Origin: Scenedesmus sp. PABB004
Lineage: Eukaryota
Length of the DNA stretch: 64,000 nt
Direction: 5' to 3'
Assembly: GCA_014905635.1 (NCBI GenBank)
Contig: JABVCE010000008.1
Location: forward strand, 310,001-374,000
Notes under the pieces: generated by a model
Told to the model about the DNA's origin: nothing
The model's input: only the letters and a program-made list of their open reading frames with translations
The model's database searches: none
Shown here: positions 1 to 12,554 of the stretch, one piece after another
Position numbering within the stretch: position 1 is the first letter of the stretch
How the letters are laid out: each line of letters opens with the position of its first letter
Position numbers and translations under genes: made by a program

Positions 1-719
1 GGGAGTACACCATCAACCTGCACAAGAAGCTGCACTCGCTCAAGTTCAAGAGCCGCGCCCCCCGCGCCATCAAGGAGATCAAGAGCTTCGCCAAGAAGAT
101 CATGGGCACCAAGGACGTGCGCATCGACGTGGCGCTGAACAAGGCGGTCTGGAGCAAGGGCATCAAGAACGTCCCCAACAAGCTGCGCATCGTCATCAGC
201 CGCCGCCGCAACGACGACGAGGACGCCAAAGTGCGCCGGCGCTGCGGGGAGCGCGCGGGGGCGAGGCGGGGGCGCAGGGGCGCGCCGGCAGCGGCGCGCG
301 CGACGAGCAGCAGCGAGCGCGCGCGTGCGCCGAGCAGCGGCGAGCAGCGGCGGGCGCAATTCAGCGGCGGCAGCGGCAGCCAGCGGGCGTGCGCAGCGCC
401 AACGCACGGCGCCGGCGCAATCCCGCCGGCGGCGTCGGCGCTGGAGGCGGCAGCGGCGGCCCGGCGCGGGCGAGCGCCCGGCGAGCGGCGGCGTGGCCGC
501 CCGCCGGCGGAGTGGCGGCCGGCGCTGCAGTGCGCAGGCGCACCCAGCCGCCGCGCTGTGCTGACGCCAGCCCTGCAGGGAGGCAGCCATGTGGCCCTCG
601 CCCGCCGGCAGCGGCAGCGACGGTGCTCGCAGCGCCGCAGCAGCAGCGGCGGCGGCACGGCGCTCGCCGCGGCAGCTGTGCTGCGGGCCCTCGCGTCGAC
701 GCCAGCGCTGGCATCAGCG

Positions 720-782
<63 letters not shown>

Positions 783-1003
783 GCTGCGGGCGGCCCCCGT
801 CGCCGCCGGTGCAGCGGCCAGCGGCCCTCGCGCCCCCCCCCCTTCCCGTCGCCGCGCGGCAGCAGCCGCGCCGGGCTCACGCGCCCGCGTGCCCGTGCGC
901 CCGCGCGCCCACGCGCCCGCAGGAGGAGATGTACAGCTTTGTGACGACCGCGCAGGACCAGAGCTCGAAGGGCAAGGGCACCACCGTCGTGCAGGACAGC
1001 TGA
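1..1003 (+). CDS. RPL31: 60S ribosomal protein L31 (eL31), 5'-partial; exons <1-230 and 923-1003
   Basis: Translation [11 protein letters not shown]...[45 protein letters not shown]...[18 protein letters not shown] is typical eL31; GT-AG intron 231-922; TGA 1001-1003. Confidence 0.97.
715..781 (+). repeat. (GCA/CAG)n microsatellite in the RPL31 intron
   Basis: Directly visible run of gcagcagca. Confidence 0.95.
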
Positions 1004-1587
1004 GCGGCCGGCGCCCCCCCCCCCCCCCTGCAGGACGACGGCGCGCGCCGCCGCCCGAGCGCCGCAGCGGCGGCGCGGCGGCGGCGGCGCGCGCGCGGGG
1101 CGCGGCGGCGGCCGGGGCGGCGCGCTGCGAGGCGCGCGGCGCGCGCCCGCAGCAGACGCGCTGCGCCCGGCGCCGGCGCGCAGCGGCTCTTGGCGTGTTG
1201 TTGGTGTCGGTAACCTCCTTTCCCACGTGTGTGACCGCCGGTCGGGCCCCGAACGCGCTCCTCGACGAGGGCGGGCCGGCGCGTGTTGAACCGCCCGTTC
1301 CGCTGGCCGCTGGCATCGCCGCGGCCCGCGCCCGCTGCCCCGCAGAGCGCCGACCTCCCACACCGCGCGTGGCACGCCGGAGGCGGACGGCGAGGTCGCT
1401 GGGAGAAAACTGCTGCTCTCCGTCTGCAGGCAGCAGCCCGCGGCCGCATTGTCTGCGCACACCACGCGCGGCGGGGCCCCCAATTGGCCGCACCACGCCC
1501 GCAGCGCCCCCCTCAACTAGCGGCGCGCGGGCAGCAGCAGCGGGCGCGCAGCAGCAGCAGCCCGCGCGGGCCCTGGCGGCAGGCGGC

Positions 1588-3480
1588 ATGGCGATGGGCA
1601 CGGGGCACGCCATCGCCCGCGGCGCCGGCCGGCCGGGCCTCCCCGGCGCGCCGCGGCGGGGGCGGCTCGGGATGCTCCTCCGGCCAGCCTGCGGCGCCCC
1701 CTGGCCCGCAGCGGGCGGCCGACCCGCCGGGCGCCGCGCGCGGGTCGCCCTGAGCGCGGAGGGCGGCGGCGGCGGCGAGCCGGAGCGCGGCGGCGCGGCG
1801 GCGGGCGCCACCGCGGCGGCAGCAGCGGCGCCGCTGCCGCCCCGCCGGCGGCGCAGCCGGAGCCCGCCGTGGCGCCGGCGCCGGCGCCGCCCGCGGCGCA
1901 GCAGCACACCAACGGCGGCGGGCTGCAGCTGGAGCGCGAGGCCGCGGCGGCGGCCGCCGAGGCCGCGGGCGCGGCGGGCGGCGCGACCGCGGCGGCGGCG
2001 AGCGCCGCGACCGCCGGCGGCGCGGGCGCGGGCGCGGCGCCCGCGCCCGCGCCGCCGCCGCGCAAGGGCAGCAACTTTGTGAACCGCGTGATCTTCGGCA
2101 TCATCCTCGGCGTCGGCGGCGCGGGCGTCGTCGCGGCGGGGCGGCTGCCGTACCTGTGCGCTGCGCTCTTCGTCGTCTACCAGGCGACGCAGGAGTTTTT
2201 CGGCATGCTCACCTCGACCGGGATGAGCAAGGGCACGCCGCCGCCGCCGCCCGCGCTCAGCGTGGCCACGACCGCGCTGTGCCTGAGCATCACCGTCTTC
2301 ACGGCCGCCTCGCACGGCCGCAGCGGCGCGGCGATGTGCGTCGCCGCGTTCCTGCTGCTCGCGGTCAACATCCTGGTCAACCGCAAGCCCACGTTTGCGC
2401 AGCTCACCGCGTCGGTCTTCGGACTCTTCTACTGCGGTGCGCCGCCGCGCACCGCCAGGCGGCGGCGGAGCCGCGTCAGGCGGCGGGGCGGGGCCGCGGC
2501 GCGCTGCGCCCGCGCGCGTGCGCGTGCGTGTGCCGACGCCCCGCGCGCGCGCGCCGCCCCGCGCAGGCTACCTGCCGAGCTTCTGGATCAAGTTGAGAAA
2601 CCTCGACGTCGCGGGGCCGGCGCTGGCGCTGCCGTGGGTCAGCAGCCAGGTGCGCGCGCGGCGGGCGGCGGGCGGCGGCGGCCGTGGCGGGCGGCAGCAG
2701 GAGCTGCGGCCGCGCGCCGTTTCGCGGCGCCCGCCCGCCCACGCGCGCCGCGCCGCCCGCCGCTGCCGCCGCGGCGCCAGGTGCTGGACGGCGTGAGCGC
2801 GCACCTGAGCGTCGGCTTTGTCGCGACGCTCACGTGCGTGGCCTGCATCATCGCCGCCGACACGGGGGCATACTTTGTTGGCAAAAACCTCGGCCGCACC
2901 AAGCTGACAGACATCAGCCCCAAGAAGACCGTCGAGGGCGCGCTCGGCGGGCTCGCGAGCGCGGTCGCGACGGCGCTGCTCTTCGCCAAGCTCTTCACCT
3001 GGCCCGGCAGCGCGCTCGCGGCGGCGGGCTACGGGGTGCGCGACGCCCGCCGCGGGCGCGCGGGCGCAGCGCCGCCGCCGCCGCGCGCACGCGCAACGCC
3101 GGGCGGCCGCCCCAACCCCTCTCAACGCCCGCGCCGCGCCCGCACGCGCCGCAGTTCCTCACGTTTGTGAGCAGCTTGTTTGGCGACTTGATAGAGTCGG
3201 TCATGAAGCGCGACGCGGGCATAAAGGTGCAGGCGCGGCCGCGCGGGCGCGGCGGCGCAGACACGCACCGCACACCGCGGGCGCGGCTCGCGGCCGCGCG
3301 GGCGGCGGCCAGCGGCGCGCGCGCTGAGCGTGTGCCGCCGCCGCGGCCGGGGCGCAGGACTCTGGCAACCTCATCCCGGGGCACGGCGGCCTGCTGGACC
3401 GCTTTGACAGCTACATGTTCAGCGGCGCCCTCGCGTACTTTTACTGTTCCTTCCTGCTGCCGCGCTTCGGCCTCGTGTGA
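1588..3480 (+). CDS. Phosphatidate cytidylyltransferase (CDP-diacylglycerol synthase), plastid/bacterial type; 5 exons; apparent 1-bp frameshift near 1840
   Basis: Motifs ADTGAYFVGKNLG, SPKKTVEG and FGDLIESVMKRDAGIK|DSGNLIPGHGGLLDRFDSY (CTP_transf_1 signature); Ala/Arg-rich transit-peptide-like N-terminus; introns about 2437-2566, 2650-2780, 3036-3154, 3227-3357. Confidence 0.92.
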
Positions 3481-4154
3481 GGCCGGCCGGGCACGCGGGG
3501 CCGCGCGCCGCGCGCGGCCGCGCGGCGGCGCGGCGCGCGCAGCAGCGGCTGCGGGCGCCGCCGGGCGCGTGCGCGCGCGCGCGTGCGGGGGCTGGGCTGG
3601 GGCGGGCGGGCGGCGCCGGCGCGCCGACGTGATCTCCGGCGTCGCGGCGCCGGGCGTGAGGGCGGCGCGCCGCGCCAGCCGCCCCGGGCGGCAGGCAGGT
3701 TCGGGGGCGCGTGCTGGCGGCGGCTGTGGCCGCCTGTCGCGCGCCGCCGGCATTCATCCTCGCTCCGGAGTGCGGGGCGTGCAACCCTCTGGCTGGCCCC
3801 CTCGGCTCGGCCGGCCCTGGCACGCGGCGCCCGCCCGGGGCCCTGCGCCGCTGCTGCGCCCTGGCCGCCGCCGCGCGCGCCTCGCGCCGCCGCTGCCAGC
3901 TCGACCCCGCGCTGGCCACACCCCGCCCCCGCTCTCAGCGTGCCGCCGCGTCGGATCGGCCCGCCCGCCGCCCGCGCCGAGGTGCAGCAGCGCCCGCCCT
4001 CCGGCCCCCCGCCCGCGCCAGGCCGCCAGGCCGCCACGGCCGCTCGGCAGGGTCGTCCACGGGATCATCCTGACCGCCGGGGCCCGCAGCGTGCCGTGGG
4101 GCGGCGCAGGCCGGGCCTGGAGCGGCCGAACGGTTGGCTCCCGCGCCTGGCGGC

Positions 4155-5183
4155 ATGAAGAACAGCGACACGGGCGGCGGGGATGAGGAGAGCGGCCTGC
4201 TGGGTCGTGGGCCGCCGGAGGGCCCGCCGCGGGCGCCGCCGCGGGGGCCCACCACCCTGGGCATCCCGACCGTGCTGTTCGCGGGCCTCTGCTACTGCAC
4301 GGCCTCCGGCAGCATGGTCCTGCTCAACAAGCACGCCCTGAATCCCAAGTCCTTCGGCTTCACCGCCCCCAACGCGCTGCTGTGCTTCCAGTGCGCGCTC
4401 GCGGCGGCGCTGGTCAAGGCGTGCGAGGCGGCGGGCGCGGTGAAGCTGCAGCCGCTCAAGCGCGACCTCGTGGCGGTCTGGTTCCCCGTCAACCTCATCT
4501 TCGTGGGCATGATCGGCAGCAGCTTCTACGCGCTGCAGCACGTCGGCGTCGCGATGGTCACGGTGTGGAAAAACGTGAGCAACTTTGTGACCGCCGTGTG
4601 CGACGTCACGATCTACGGCAAGGCCTACTCGCCCCAGGTCTGGGCGACGCTCTTCCTCATGCTCCTCAGCGCGATGGTTGGCGCGGCGACGGACATCAAC
4701 TTCACGTGGGCGGGCTACGCGTGGCAGATTGCCAACTGCGGCTTCACGAGCGCGTACGCGCTCTACCTGCGCAGCGTGATGGACAAGGTCTCGGAGCACA
4801 CGACCAACAAGCAGAAGATGGACGAGTTCAGCATGGTCTACTACAACAACCTGCTCTCCATCCCGCCCATCCTGCTGCTCATGTTCTTCTTTGGCGAGCA
4901 CGCGACGCTGCTCTCGCAGCCGGCGCTGCGCAACCCCGCGTTCCTCGCCGTCGCGGCGCTCGGCGGCCTCATCGGCTTTGGCATCTCCTTCTCCGCGCTC
5001 TGGTTCCTCTCCCAGACCACGGCCACGATCTACTCCCTCGTCGGCGCGCTGAACAAGATCCCGGTCGCGATCGTGGGCATCCTGGTCTTTGCAGACCCCA
5101 CCAACGCCCAAAACCTCGCCAGCATCCTCATCGGCCTCGGCGCCGGCATCCTCTTCACCGTCGCCAAGTCGCGCGGCAAGTGA
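4155..5183 (+). CDS. Golgi GDP-mannose/nucleotide-sugar transporter (GONST/VRG4-like), single exon
   Basis: Multi-TM ORF with YCTASGSMVLLNK, KNVSN, FSMVYYNNLLS and the GALNK motif of GDP-sugar transporters. Confidence 0.93.
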   Translation: MKNSDTGGGDEESGLLGRGPPEGPPRAPPRGPTTLGIPTVLFAGLCYCTASGSMVLLNKHALNPKSFGFTAPNALLCFQCALAAALVKACEAAGAVKLQPLKRDLVAVWFPVNLIFVGMIGSSFYALQHVGVAMVTVWKNVSNFVTAVCDVTIYGKAYSPQVWATLFLMLLSAMVGAATDINFTWAGYAWQIANCGFTSAYALYLRSVMDKVSEHTTNKQKMDEFSMVYYNNLLSIPPILLLMFFFGEHATLLSQPALRNPAFLAVAALGGLIGFGISFSALWFLSQTTATIYSLVGALNKIPVAIVGILVFADPTNAQNLASILIGLGAGILFTVAKSRGK

Positions 5184-5837
5184 GCGTGGCGCCACCTACC
5201 GGGCTGCGGCACGCCGGCGCGCCGCGGCCGCGGCGCGCCGGCGCGGCTGCGGCGGCGCCCCGCGGCGGCGCGCCGGCGCGGCGGCGGGAGCTGGGGCGGC
5301 GACGACGGGAGCCGAGCTGGCGCGCGGACGGGGGCTGGCGCGTGGGTGGGTGCTGGCGCGAGCGGGGGCGCCGGCCGGTGAGCCACGGCCGCGGCGCCGA
5401 GGCCGCCAGCGGCGCCGGCGGCTGGGGCGGGCGCGGCTGCAGCAGCTGGCTGCAGCGGCGGGGGCTGGGGGACTCTGTGCATACGGCACTGCCAGGGGGA
5501 GCGGGCTGGCTAGGCTGCAGGCACTTGCGCTGGACGGGAAGTGCAGCAGAGGCAGAGGCAGGCCGCGCCGCGGGGCGCCGCCGCGCGCAGTGGTTGAGCA
5601 GGCGCGCGCGCATCCCGCGCGCGCGCGCCGTCCATGGTCGGGGGCTGGGGACCGCCGCCGCCGCATCCGCGCCCAGGGCGGCATGCGGCGGCGGCGCACG
5701 CGCCGCGGCGCCGCGCTGTGCTGTGCGTGCTGGGCCTGTCTCTCGGGCTCTGCGCGTCCGCGACTCTGGCTCTGTGCCGCCGCCGCGCGGGCGGCTGATG
5801 CGCTGAGACGCGCATCGCCAGCTCGGCAGGCTGCGGC

Positions 5838-5842
5838 TGTAA
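5838..5842 (+). terminator. Candidate TGTAA polyadenylation signal downstream of the GDP-mannose transporter
   Basis: TGTAA is the established chlorophyte poly(A) signal and is rare in this GC-rich DNA. Confidence 0.5.
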
Positions 5843-6084
5843 CGCAGCGGCGGCTCGGTCTCGAGGTCTCCAGGTTCTGTTGCATCCAGCACAGCACAGC
5901 AGCGCAGCGCAGCCCGCACGCGCACTTGCAGCGCACCCCGGGCCCCTCTGCCAGCCCCACGCACGTTCGAGCACTCGCACTGACTGAGGCATGCCGGTCC
6001 CCCCTCCTCTGCCTAGGCCTCCAGCGTGCGCCGTCCCTCTGCCCGCTACCGCCCCGCCACCGCCGCTGCTGGCAGCTCTCAGCG

Positions 6085-9052
6085 TCACAGCAGCAGCGCC
6101 GCCAGCAGCGCGACGCACGCGGCCGCGGCCGCCGCCCACGGCCGCCCGCGCGGCGCGCCCGCGGCGTTTGCGCCGCCGCGGCGCACCGCGAGCTCCGATG
6201 CGCTGCCCGGCTGCAGCGCGCTGCCGACCTGCAGGCTGCCCGCGCCGGGCGTCGTCGCGGGCGCGAGCTCCCAGCCAAAGGTCCCAAACGTCATCTCCGC
6301 GTGGTGCGTGGCGTCGCAGACGTCGGTAAAGTCCACTGACAGCGTCTGGTTGAGCGTCGTGACGATGGGATAGATCAGCGGCGAGCGGCAGGTGCCGTTG
6401 AGGCTCGCCACGTCGACGCCGTTGATGGTGCAGCTCTGGTTGCCGAGCCCCGTGAACTCCCACGCAAACGTCGCGCGCTGGCCGAGCTGCGGGCGCGGCG
6501 CGGGGCGGGGCAGGCACGGCGGCGCGGCGGCAGGCAGTCAGCGCGCGCGGCGGCAGTCAGCGCGGCCCGCGCAGCGCGGCCCCGCCCCCTCGCGCCGCAC
6601 CACGAGCGCGGTCTCGGGGCCGGTGAAGTACTCGAGCCAGGTCTGGCTGCGCTGCAGGCCCACGGTGCTGCCGTTGTACGGCGGGACCACCCAGCCCGCG
6701 CCCTTGAAGCCGCCGTAGAGGGAGATCGACTCGCTCGCCCGCCCGCCGCCGCCGACGGTGAGGTACGTCGCGTCGGCCTGGCCAAACTTGTCCACGCCGC
6801 TCACAGACATGAGTGGGTCAAACGCGGCGTTGGGCGACCACACGCTGCCCTCGAGCGTGTACGTCCACCAGCCCTCGCGCACGCCCGTGCTGCGGGGTGG
6901 TGGCAGGGCGGCGGATGGCGGCGGCGGTGAGGGCGCGGCGGCGGCGGGGCGCGGGCGCGGCGGCGAGGGGCGGCGGGGCGCGGCCGCGGCGCAGTCGCGC
7001 TGCGGCGGCTGCGCGCACAGCTGCGGCGAGGTGACGTTGAACGTGGCGGGCGAGCCCGGCAGGCGCGTGACATAGACGCCGAAGCTCTTCACGTTGCCCG
7101 CCGTGTTGTCGCTCTGCAGGTCGGTCGAGCCGTCGAGGCCCTGCGCAAAGGTGCCGTACACGTAATAGACCGGCAGAAGGAAGGCCGCGCTGCTCGCGCT
7201 CGGCGTGTGCGTGAGGCGGTAGCCGTCGATCAGCACCGGCGGCGGCGTCGCGTTGGCGAGCTCGACCGAGACTGCGGCGGCGCGCGGCGCGCGGCGCGCG
7301 GCGCGCGGCGCGGTGTGGGCGGCGCCGGCGCACGGCGCGCGGCGCGCGGCGCGCGGCGCTCGGTGCGGCGCGCGCGCTGTGGCCGCGCGCACTCACTGTC
7401 GGGCTGGCAGCTGCGGAAGCGCACGTCGGCGCGCGGGCGGCTGTCGTGCGTGGCGTTGCTGTGCATGAAGAAATAAAAGTCAATCGGCGGGCTCTCAAAC
7501 GACTCGTCGCCCGCGGGCGCCGCGGCGAGGCCGCCCGCGCTGTGCGCGACGACCGCGCTGCGCGCGAGCAGCGTGACCGTGATGACGAGCGTGTTGATGC
7601 CCTGCGCGCGGCGGGCGCGGCGGGGCGCCGGCGTCGCGCGCGCGTGGGCCGCGGGCGGGCGCCGGCGTCCGCCTGCCCAAGCGCGCGTTGCCGCTTCCGC
7701 GTCCGCCGCGCCCGCCGCGTTCGCCGCCGCGGCGTCCGCCGCGGGCGCCGCACCTCCTTGAAGATGGAGGGGTCATACACGTCCCGCCGGCCCTCGGTGA
7801 TGTTGGCGTTGAAGTTGACCGCCGGCACCTCGCCGCTGCTGCCGTTGAACGCGCGCGAGGTGAACCAGAGCTTGTCGTTCACGCGCACGTCAAACTTGTA
7901 CGCCGCCGGCACCGCGACGCGCCACGCGTCGCCGCCGTCGCTCGCGCGCGCGTCGGCGAGCAGGCTGCGCTGCGAGAAGCGCTGCAGCAGCCCGCTCAGC
8001 GGCCCCGCGCGCCGCTGCGGGCGCGGCAGCTGCAGGCGCTGCGGCGCAGGCGGCATCTGCAGGCGCAGCGCGCTCCGCGTGGAGCCGCTGGCCGGTTCGA
8101 GCGCCTCCTCCGCGCCGGCGGCGTCGAGCTCGGCGCTGCTCGCCGAGCCGCCGCCATCACTAGCGACGGCAGCACCCCCATCGCTGCCGCTGCTGCTGCT
8201 GCCGCTCCCGCTGCTGCCGCTGCTGCCGCTGCTGCCGCTGCTGCCGCTGCTGCCGCTGCTGCCGCTGCTGCCGCTGCTGCTGCTGCCGCCGCTGCTGCTG
8301 GCGTCAGCGCCGTCAGCTGGCGCGGCGTCGCCCGCGGCAGTGGCGCTGGCGGCAGCTTCACTGCTGACGGGCTCGCCGCCGCCGCCGCCGCTGCTCGCCT
8401 CGTCGCTGCCGCTCCCGCTGTCGCCGCCGCTGGGCGCGGCGCCCTCGCCGGCCCCGCTCGCCGCGCCCTCGCCGGCGCCGCCCGGCGGCTGCGCCACGAC
8501 CGCAGCGCCCGCGGGCGGCGCAGCGACCAGGCGCGCCAGGTCTGCCGTCGCGCCGCTGACGGGCACGAGGCCCGGCAGGTACTCCGCCGGCACCGCCCCC
8601 GACGCCTGCAGCAGCGCGTGCATCGGCTCAAAGTGGATCAGCGGCTTGGGGATGCCCTGCACCGCGATCGGCAGCAGGAACCCGTCGCACGCGTTGCCCG
8701 CGCGCGTCTGGTTCTCCTTGTTCCAGCCGCCCGGGATGTTGACGCGGCCCGGGGGGAAGAAGTTGAAGCGCGAGCCCGCACAGTCCACGGACGCGGCAGC
8801 GGCCGCCGCGCCGGGCGCGAGGTGCGCTGCGGCGCCGTCAGCGGCGGCGTGGCGGGTCAGCACCGCCGTCGGCGCGTGGCCGCGGATCCGGTGAAGCTGC
8901 CCGAGACCAGACCGCGACGCGGGCGGCCCGGCGCGGGCCGGGGAGCCAGCTCCCGCCATGGGCCCCTGCGCCTGCCCCTCACCGCGCCCCCGCCGCGCAC
9001 CTGCAGCCAGCAGCAGCGCTCCCAGCAGTGTGACGAGTCGCGCCGGCGCCAT
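6085..9052 (-). CDS. Secreted, probably GPI-anchored protein of unknown function; 6 exons
   Basis: Signal peptide MAPARLVTLLGALLLAA; clean GT-AG splicing gives a continuous frame; (SSG)n linker at 8180-8300; many N-X-S/T sequons; C-terminus NAAGA...WAAAAAACVALLAALLL*. Confidence 0.75.
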
Positions 9053-9573
9053 GGCGGGCGCCGCGCCCCGCCAGGCGCTCGCGGGCGCTCGGCGAGCGCG
9101 GGCGGCAGCGGCGGTGCGCGCGGGCCCGCTGCCGGCCTGCCGGCGAGCGCGAACGCGCGAAGGTCACGGCAGACGCTGGCTCGACACCTCGGAGCAGGGC
9201 GAGGGCGGCGCGGTCGGGCACGGCACGGCCCCGCGCTCGGGCGGGCCCTGTGGCCTTGGCGACGAGGCGAGAGGGCGCGCTGGAGTGTCGCTTGATGTGC
9301 TTGATCGAGAGCGGTGGGGCAAGGCGGTGTCACGCGTCCCGGCTGACCGAGTGTGCGCCGGCAGCGGCGGCAGCCGTACGGCCTGGGCCGCCGCCCGCCT
9401 GGCGCTGCGGCCGGGTGTTGCCCCACGGCCGCCAGCGGGAGCTCTCCGCGACCAGGACGCTCTCTCGAGCGCCAGGCCAGGCCGGCCCGCCGCGCCGCCC
9501 CCGCACGCACGCCGCGCCGCCCCCTGCGTAGCTGGCTGCGTGCCAGCCAGCCGCGCCCGCCCGCGCCGCGCGG

Positions 9574-12554
9574 TCACTGCCGCGCGGCGTGCGGCGGGCG
9601 GGCCATGTCCCACAAGAAGATGCCCCCCTCGCCGCCCACGCTCACGATGGCGCTGCGGTCGGGCGCGACCGCGACGCCCGTGACCTCGCCGCTGTGGCCG
9701 ACGCCGACAAACGCGAGGGCGCCCTCGTCGTAGCTGCGGCGCGCAGCGGCCGGCGGGCGGGCGGTCGGCGGGCGGTGGGCGGTCAGCGCGCCCGGCAGCC
9801 AGCGCGGCCGGCGGCGGGGCGCGCGCGGCGGCTCACGCCCAGAGCTTGACCAGCTTGTCGCTGCCGCCCGACAGCAGCGCCTCGCCCTCCGCGTCGACGG
9901 CGAGCGTGTTGAGCTGCGCGCTGTCGCTGCCCTCGATCACGCGGATGGCCTGGCCGTCATAGGCGTCCCAGTAGGTGATCTGCGCGGCACGGCGCGGAGC
10001 GGCGGGCGGCCGGGCCACGGCCACGCGCGGCGGCGGCGGCGAGAGGGGTGGGGTACCGGCCAGGGCACGGCCGTCGCCGCCGCAGCGCTGCCCCCGCGGC
10101 GCCGCGCGCCTTGCGGTCGGTGCCGGCGGTCACGATCTGGCTGTCGTCGGGGTGGTACGCCGCGGCGAGGAAGAAGGTGTTGGCAAAGAGGCTCTGCCGG
10201 CGCCGCCCCGCGGCCATGTCCCAGATGATGACCGAGCCGTCGCTGCTCGCCGACACGCACTCGTCGTCGGACGAGGCCTTGACCGCGAGCGCGTTGACCG
10301 GGCCCTTGTGGTCCTTTATGCTCGCCTCCATGCTGCTCGCGCCGCCCTTGCCCAGGCGCCAGATGCGCACCATGCCTATGCGAGGCGGGGAGCGGGCGTC
10401 GGCGGCGTGGCGGTGCGCGTGCGCCGCCACGGGGCAGCAGCAGCAGGCGCGGGCGCTCGGCCGCGCCGGCGGCAGTCGTCCTCCCCTCTCCCCCTCTCCC
10501 CGCCCCTCAAGCCGCAGCCCTCCCGCCGCTGGCCCCCTGCGCGCGCACCCTCCTCGCCGCCGCTGACGATGCGGGCAGGGTCGCTCGTCGCGGCGAGCGC
10601 GGTCACGCCCTTGTGGTGCGCGTCGTTGATGGTCCACAGCAGCTTGCCGCTCTGCGGCCCAAAGCCGCGGATCTTGCCGTCGCTCCAGCCGCTGAGCAGG
10701 CACTTGCCGTCCTGCGCGGCAGCGACGGCCGCGGCGGCGGCGCGGCGGTCAAAGACACCGCAGCTTGCTGCCTGGCCGGCGGCAGCGGCCCCCGCGGCCG
10801 CGACTGCTGCGACGGCCGCCAGCGCTGCGGTGCGGTGCGGCACCGGCACGCACCGGCGCAAAGGCGATGCACTTGCAGTCCAGGTTGGGCAGGCTGATGC
10901 GCAGCAGCTCGCGGCAGCCGGCGAGGTGCCACACGCGCACGCCGCCCGCGGAGCAGGTCGCAAAGACCTCGCCGTAGCCGACCGGGAAGGCCAGGCCGTT
11001 GATGCGCCCAGAGTGCGCCGTCTGCACCAGCTCCTCGGCAAACCTGGCGGCCGCGGCGTCGCGCAGCGTCGGGCGCGCGGCGGCGCGCAGCCGGGCGCGC
11101 GCCGCCGGCGACAGCCGCGCCGCCGCGCTCACTTCTTGGCCAGCGGGTCGAACGTCACGCGGTAGATGTTGCAGCGGTCGGTGCCCACAAACAGCGTGTA
11201 CGTCAGCCCGCCGCCGGTCGGGCTGCGCCCGAGCGGCACCGCGCGCGCGCTGCCGGCGTCGAGCGCGATGCTGGTCACGCCCCCCTCCAGGCGCACGCTT
11301 GCGAGCAGGGCCAGCTTCTTGAGCTGCTTGGGGTTGACGGCGGTCGGCTCCGAGTCGGGGCTGAGCAGCGCGAGCGTGCCGTCGCCCGCGCCCAGCAGGA
11401 CCGCGCCCGACGGCGCCTCCGCCGCGGCGGTGACCGACATCTGCAGCGGGTGCTTGCCGGGCCCCGTGTTGCGCAGCAGCGCGTGCTCCAGGCTGACCTG
11501 CGGCGGCGCACGAGGGGGCGGCTCGCGCGCTGGGCCGGGGGCGGGGCGGCGCCGCGGGCACGCGGGCGGCGGGCGCGCCTGCAGCACGTCGCCGGTGGTG
11601 GTGCCGGCGTACGCAAACTTGTCGGCGCCGTCGACCAGCAGGCTGCGGAACTGGCGCTGCAGGTTGCCCAGCTTCACGTCCCTGGCGCGAAGGGCGGGGG
11701 TCGCGGCGCAGCGGCGGTCGGCCCGGCCGCCGGCCGCCAGCCGCCGGCCGCCAGCCGCCGGCACCGGCCCGGCCAGCCGCCAGCCGCCGCGCGCGCGCTG
11801 GGCGCTCACTCGGCGCGCAGCTTGTTGTTGGCGCGGTCGTAGGTCCAGACCTGCGGGGCGAGCGGCGCGGCCTCGCTCAGCCGGAGGCGGGCGCGCGCTC
11901 AGCGGCGCGGCGCGCGGCGGGCGGTTTGCGGGGACCTGCAGGTTGCCGTTGCCCGCCGTGATGAGCTTGTCGCTGCGCGTGTTGAGGAAGCGGCAGCAGA
12001 GCACAAAGTTCTGGTGCGTCGGGCTGCCGCAGATCGCCTCGCCGCTCTCGACGTCCCACAGCACCTGCGGGCGCGCACGAGCGTGGGCAGGCGCGCGAGG
12101 GCCGCCGCGACAGCCGCCGCGACCGCCGCCGCGCGGCGTGCTGCGCGCGGCGCAGGTCGCGCACCAGCGAGTTGTCGTCCTGCCCGCCCAGCGACGCGAG
12201 CATCGTCTCGTCCGGCGAGAACGCGAGGGCCTGGATCTTGACCTTTTGCAGCTGCAGCCGGTGCACGAGGCGGCGGGCGCCTACGTCCCAGATGATGACG
12301 TCCGCCGCAAAGCCCATGTACGTGAGCTGCCCGCTCGCGAGGAAGCGGCCGCTCGGCGAGAGCGCGAGCGCGCTGACGCGGTCGGTGTGGCCGCTCAGGA
12401 ACTCCTGCGCCTGCGGGTCGGCCTTCTCGCGCAGGACGACGGTCGAGCCGAGCGCGTAGACGAGCGTGCAGCCGTCGGGGTGCAGCAGCAGCCCGCCCGC
12501 GACGCCGCCGCCGAAGCCGATGCAGGCCTGCAGGTTGAGCGGCTCCGCCGCCAT
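9574..12554 (-). CDS. CFAP52: Cilia- and flagella-associated protein 52 (WDR16/FAP52), WD40 repeats; 9 exons
   Basis: N-terminus LNLQACIGFGGGVAGGLLLHPDG; LASGQLTYMGFAADVIIWD; SGWSDGKIRGFGPQSGKLLWTINDAHHKGVTAL; TAGTDRK|ITYWDAYDGQAIR; KLWAYDEG. All match FAP52. Confidence 0.92.
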
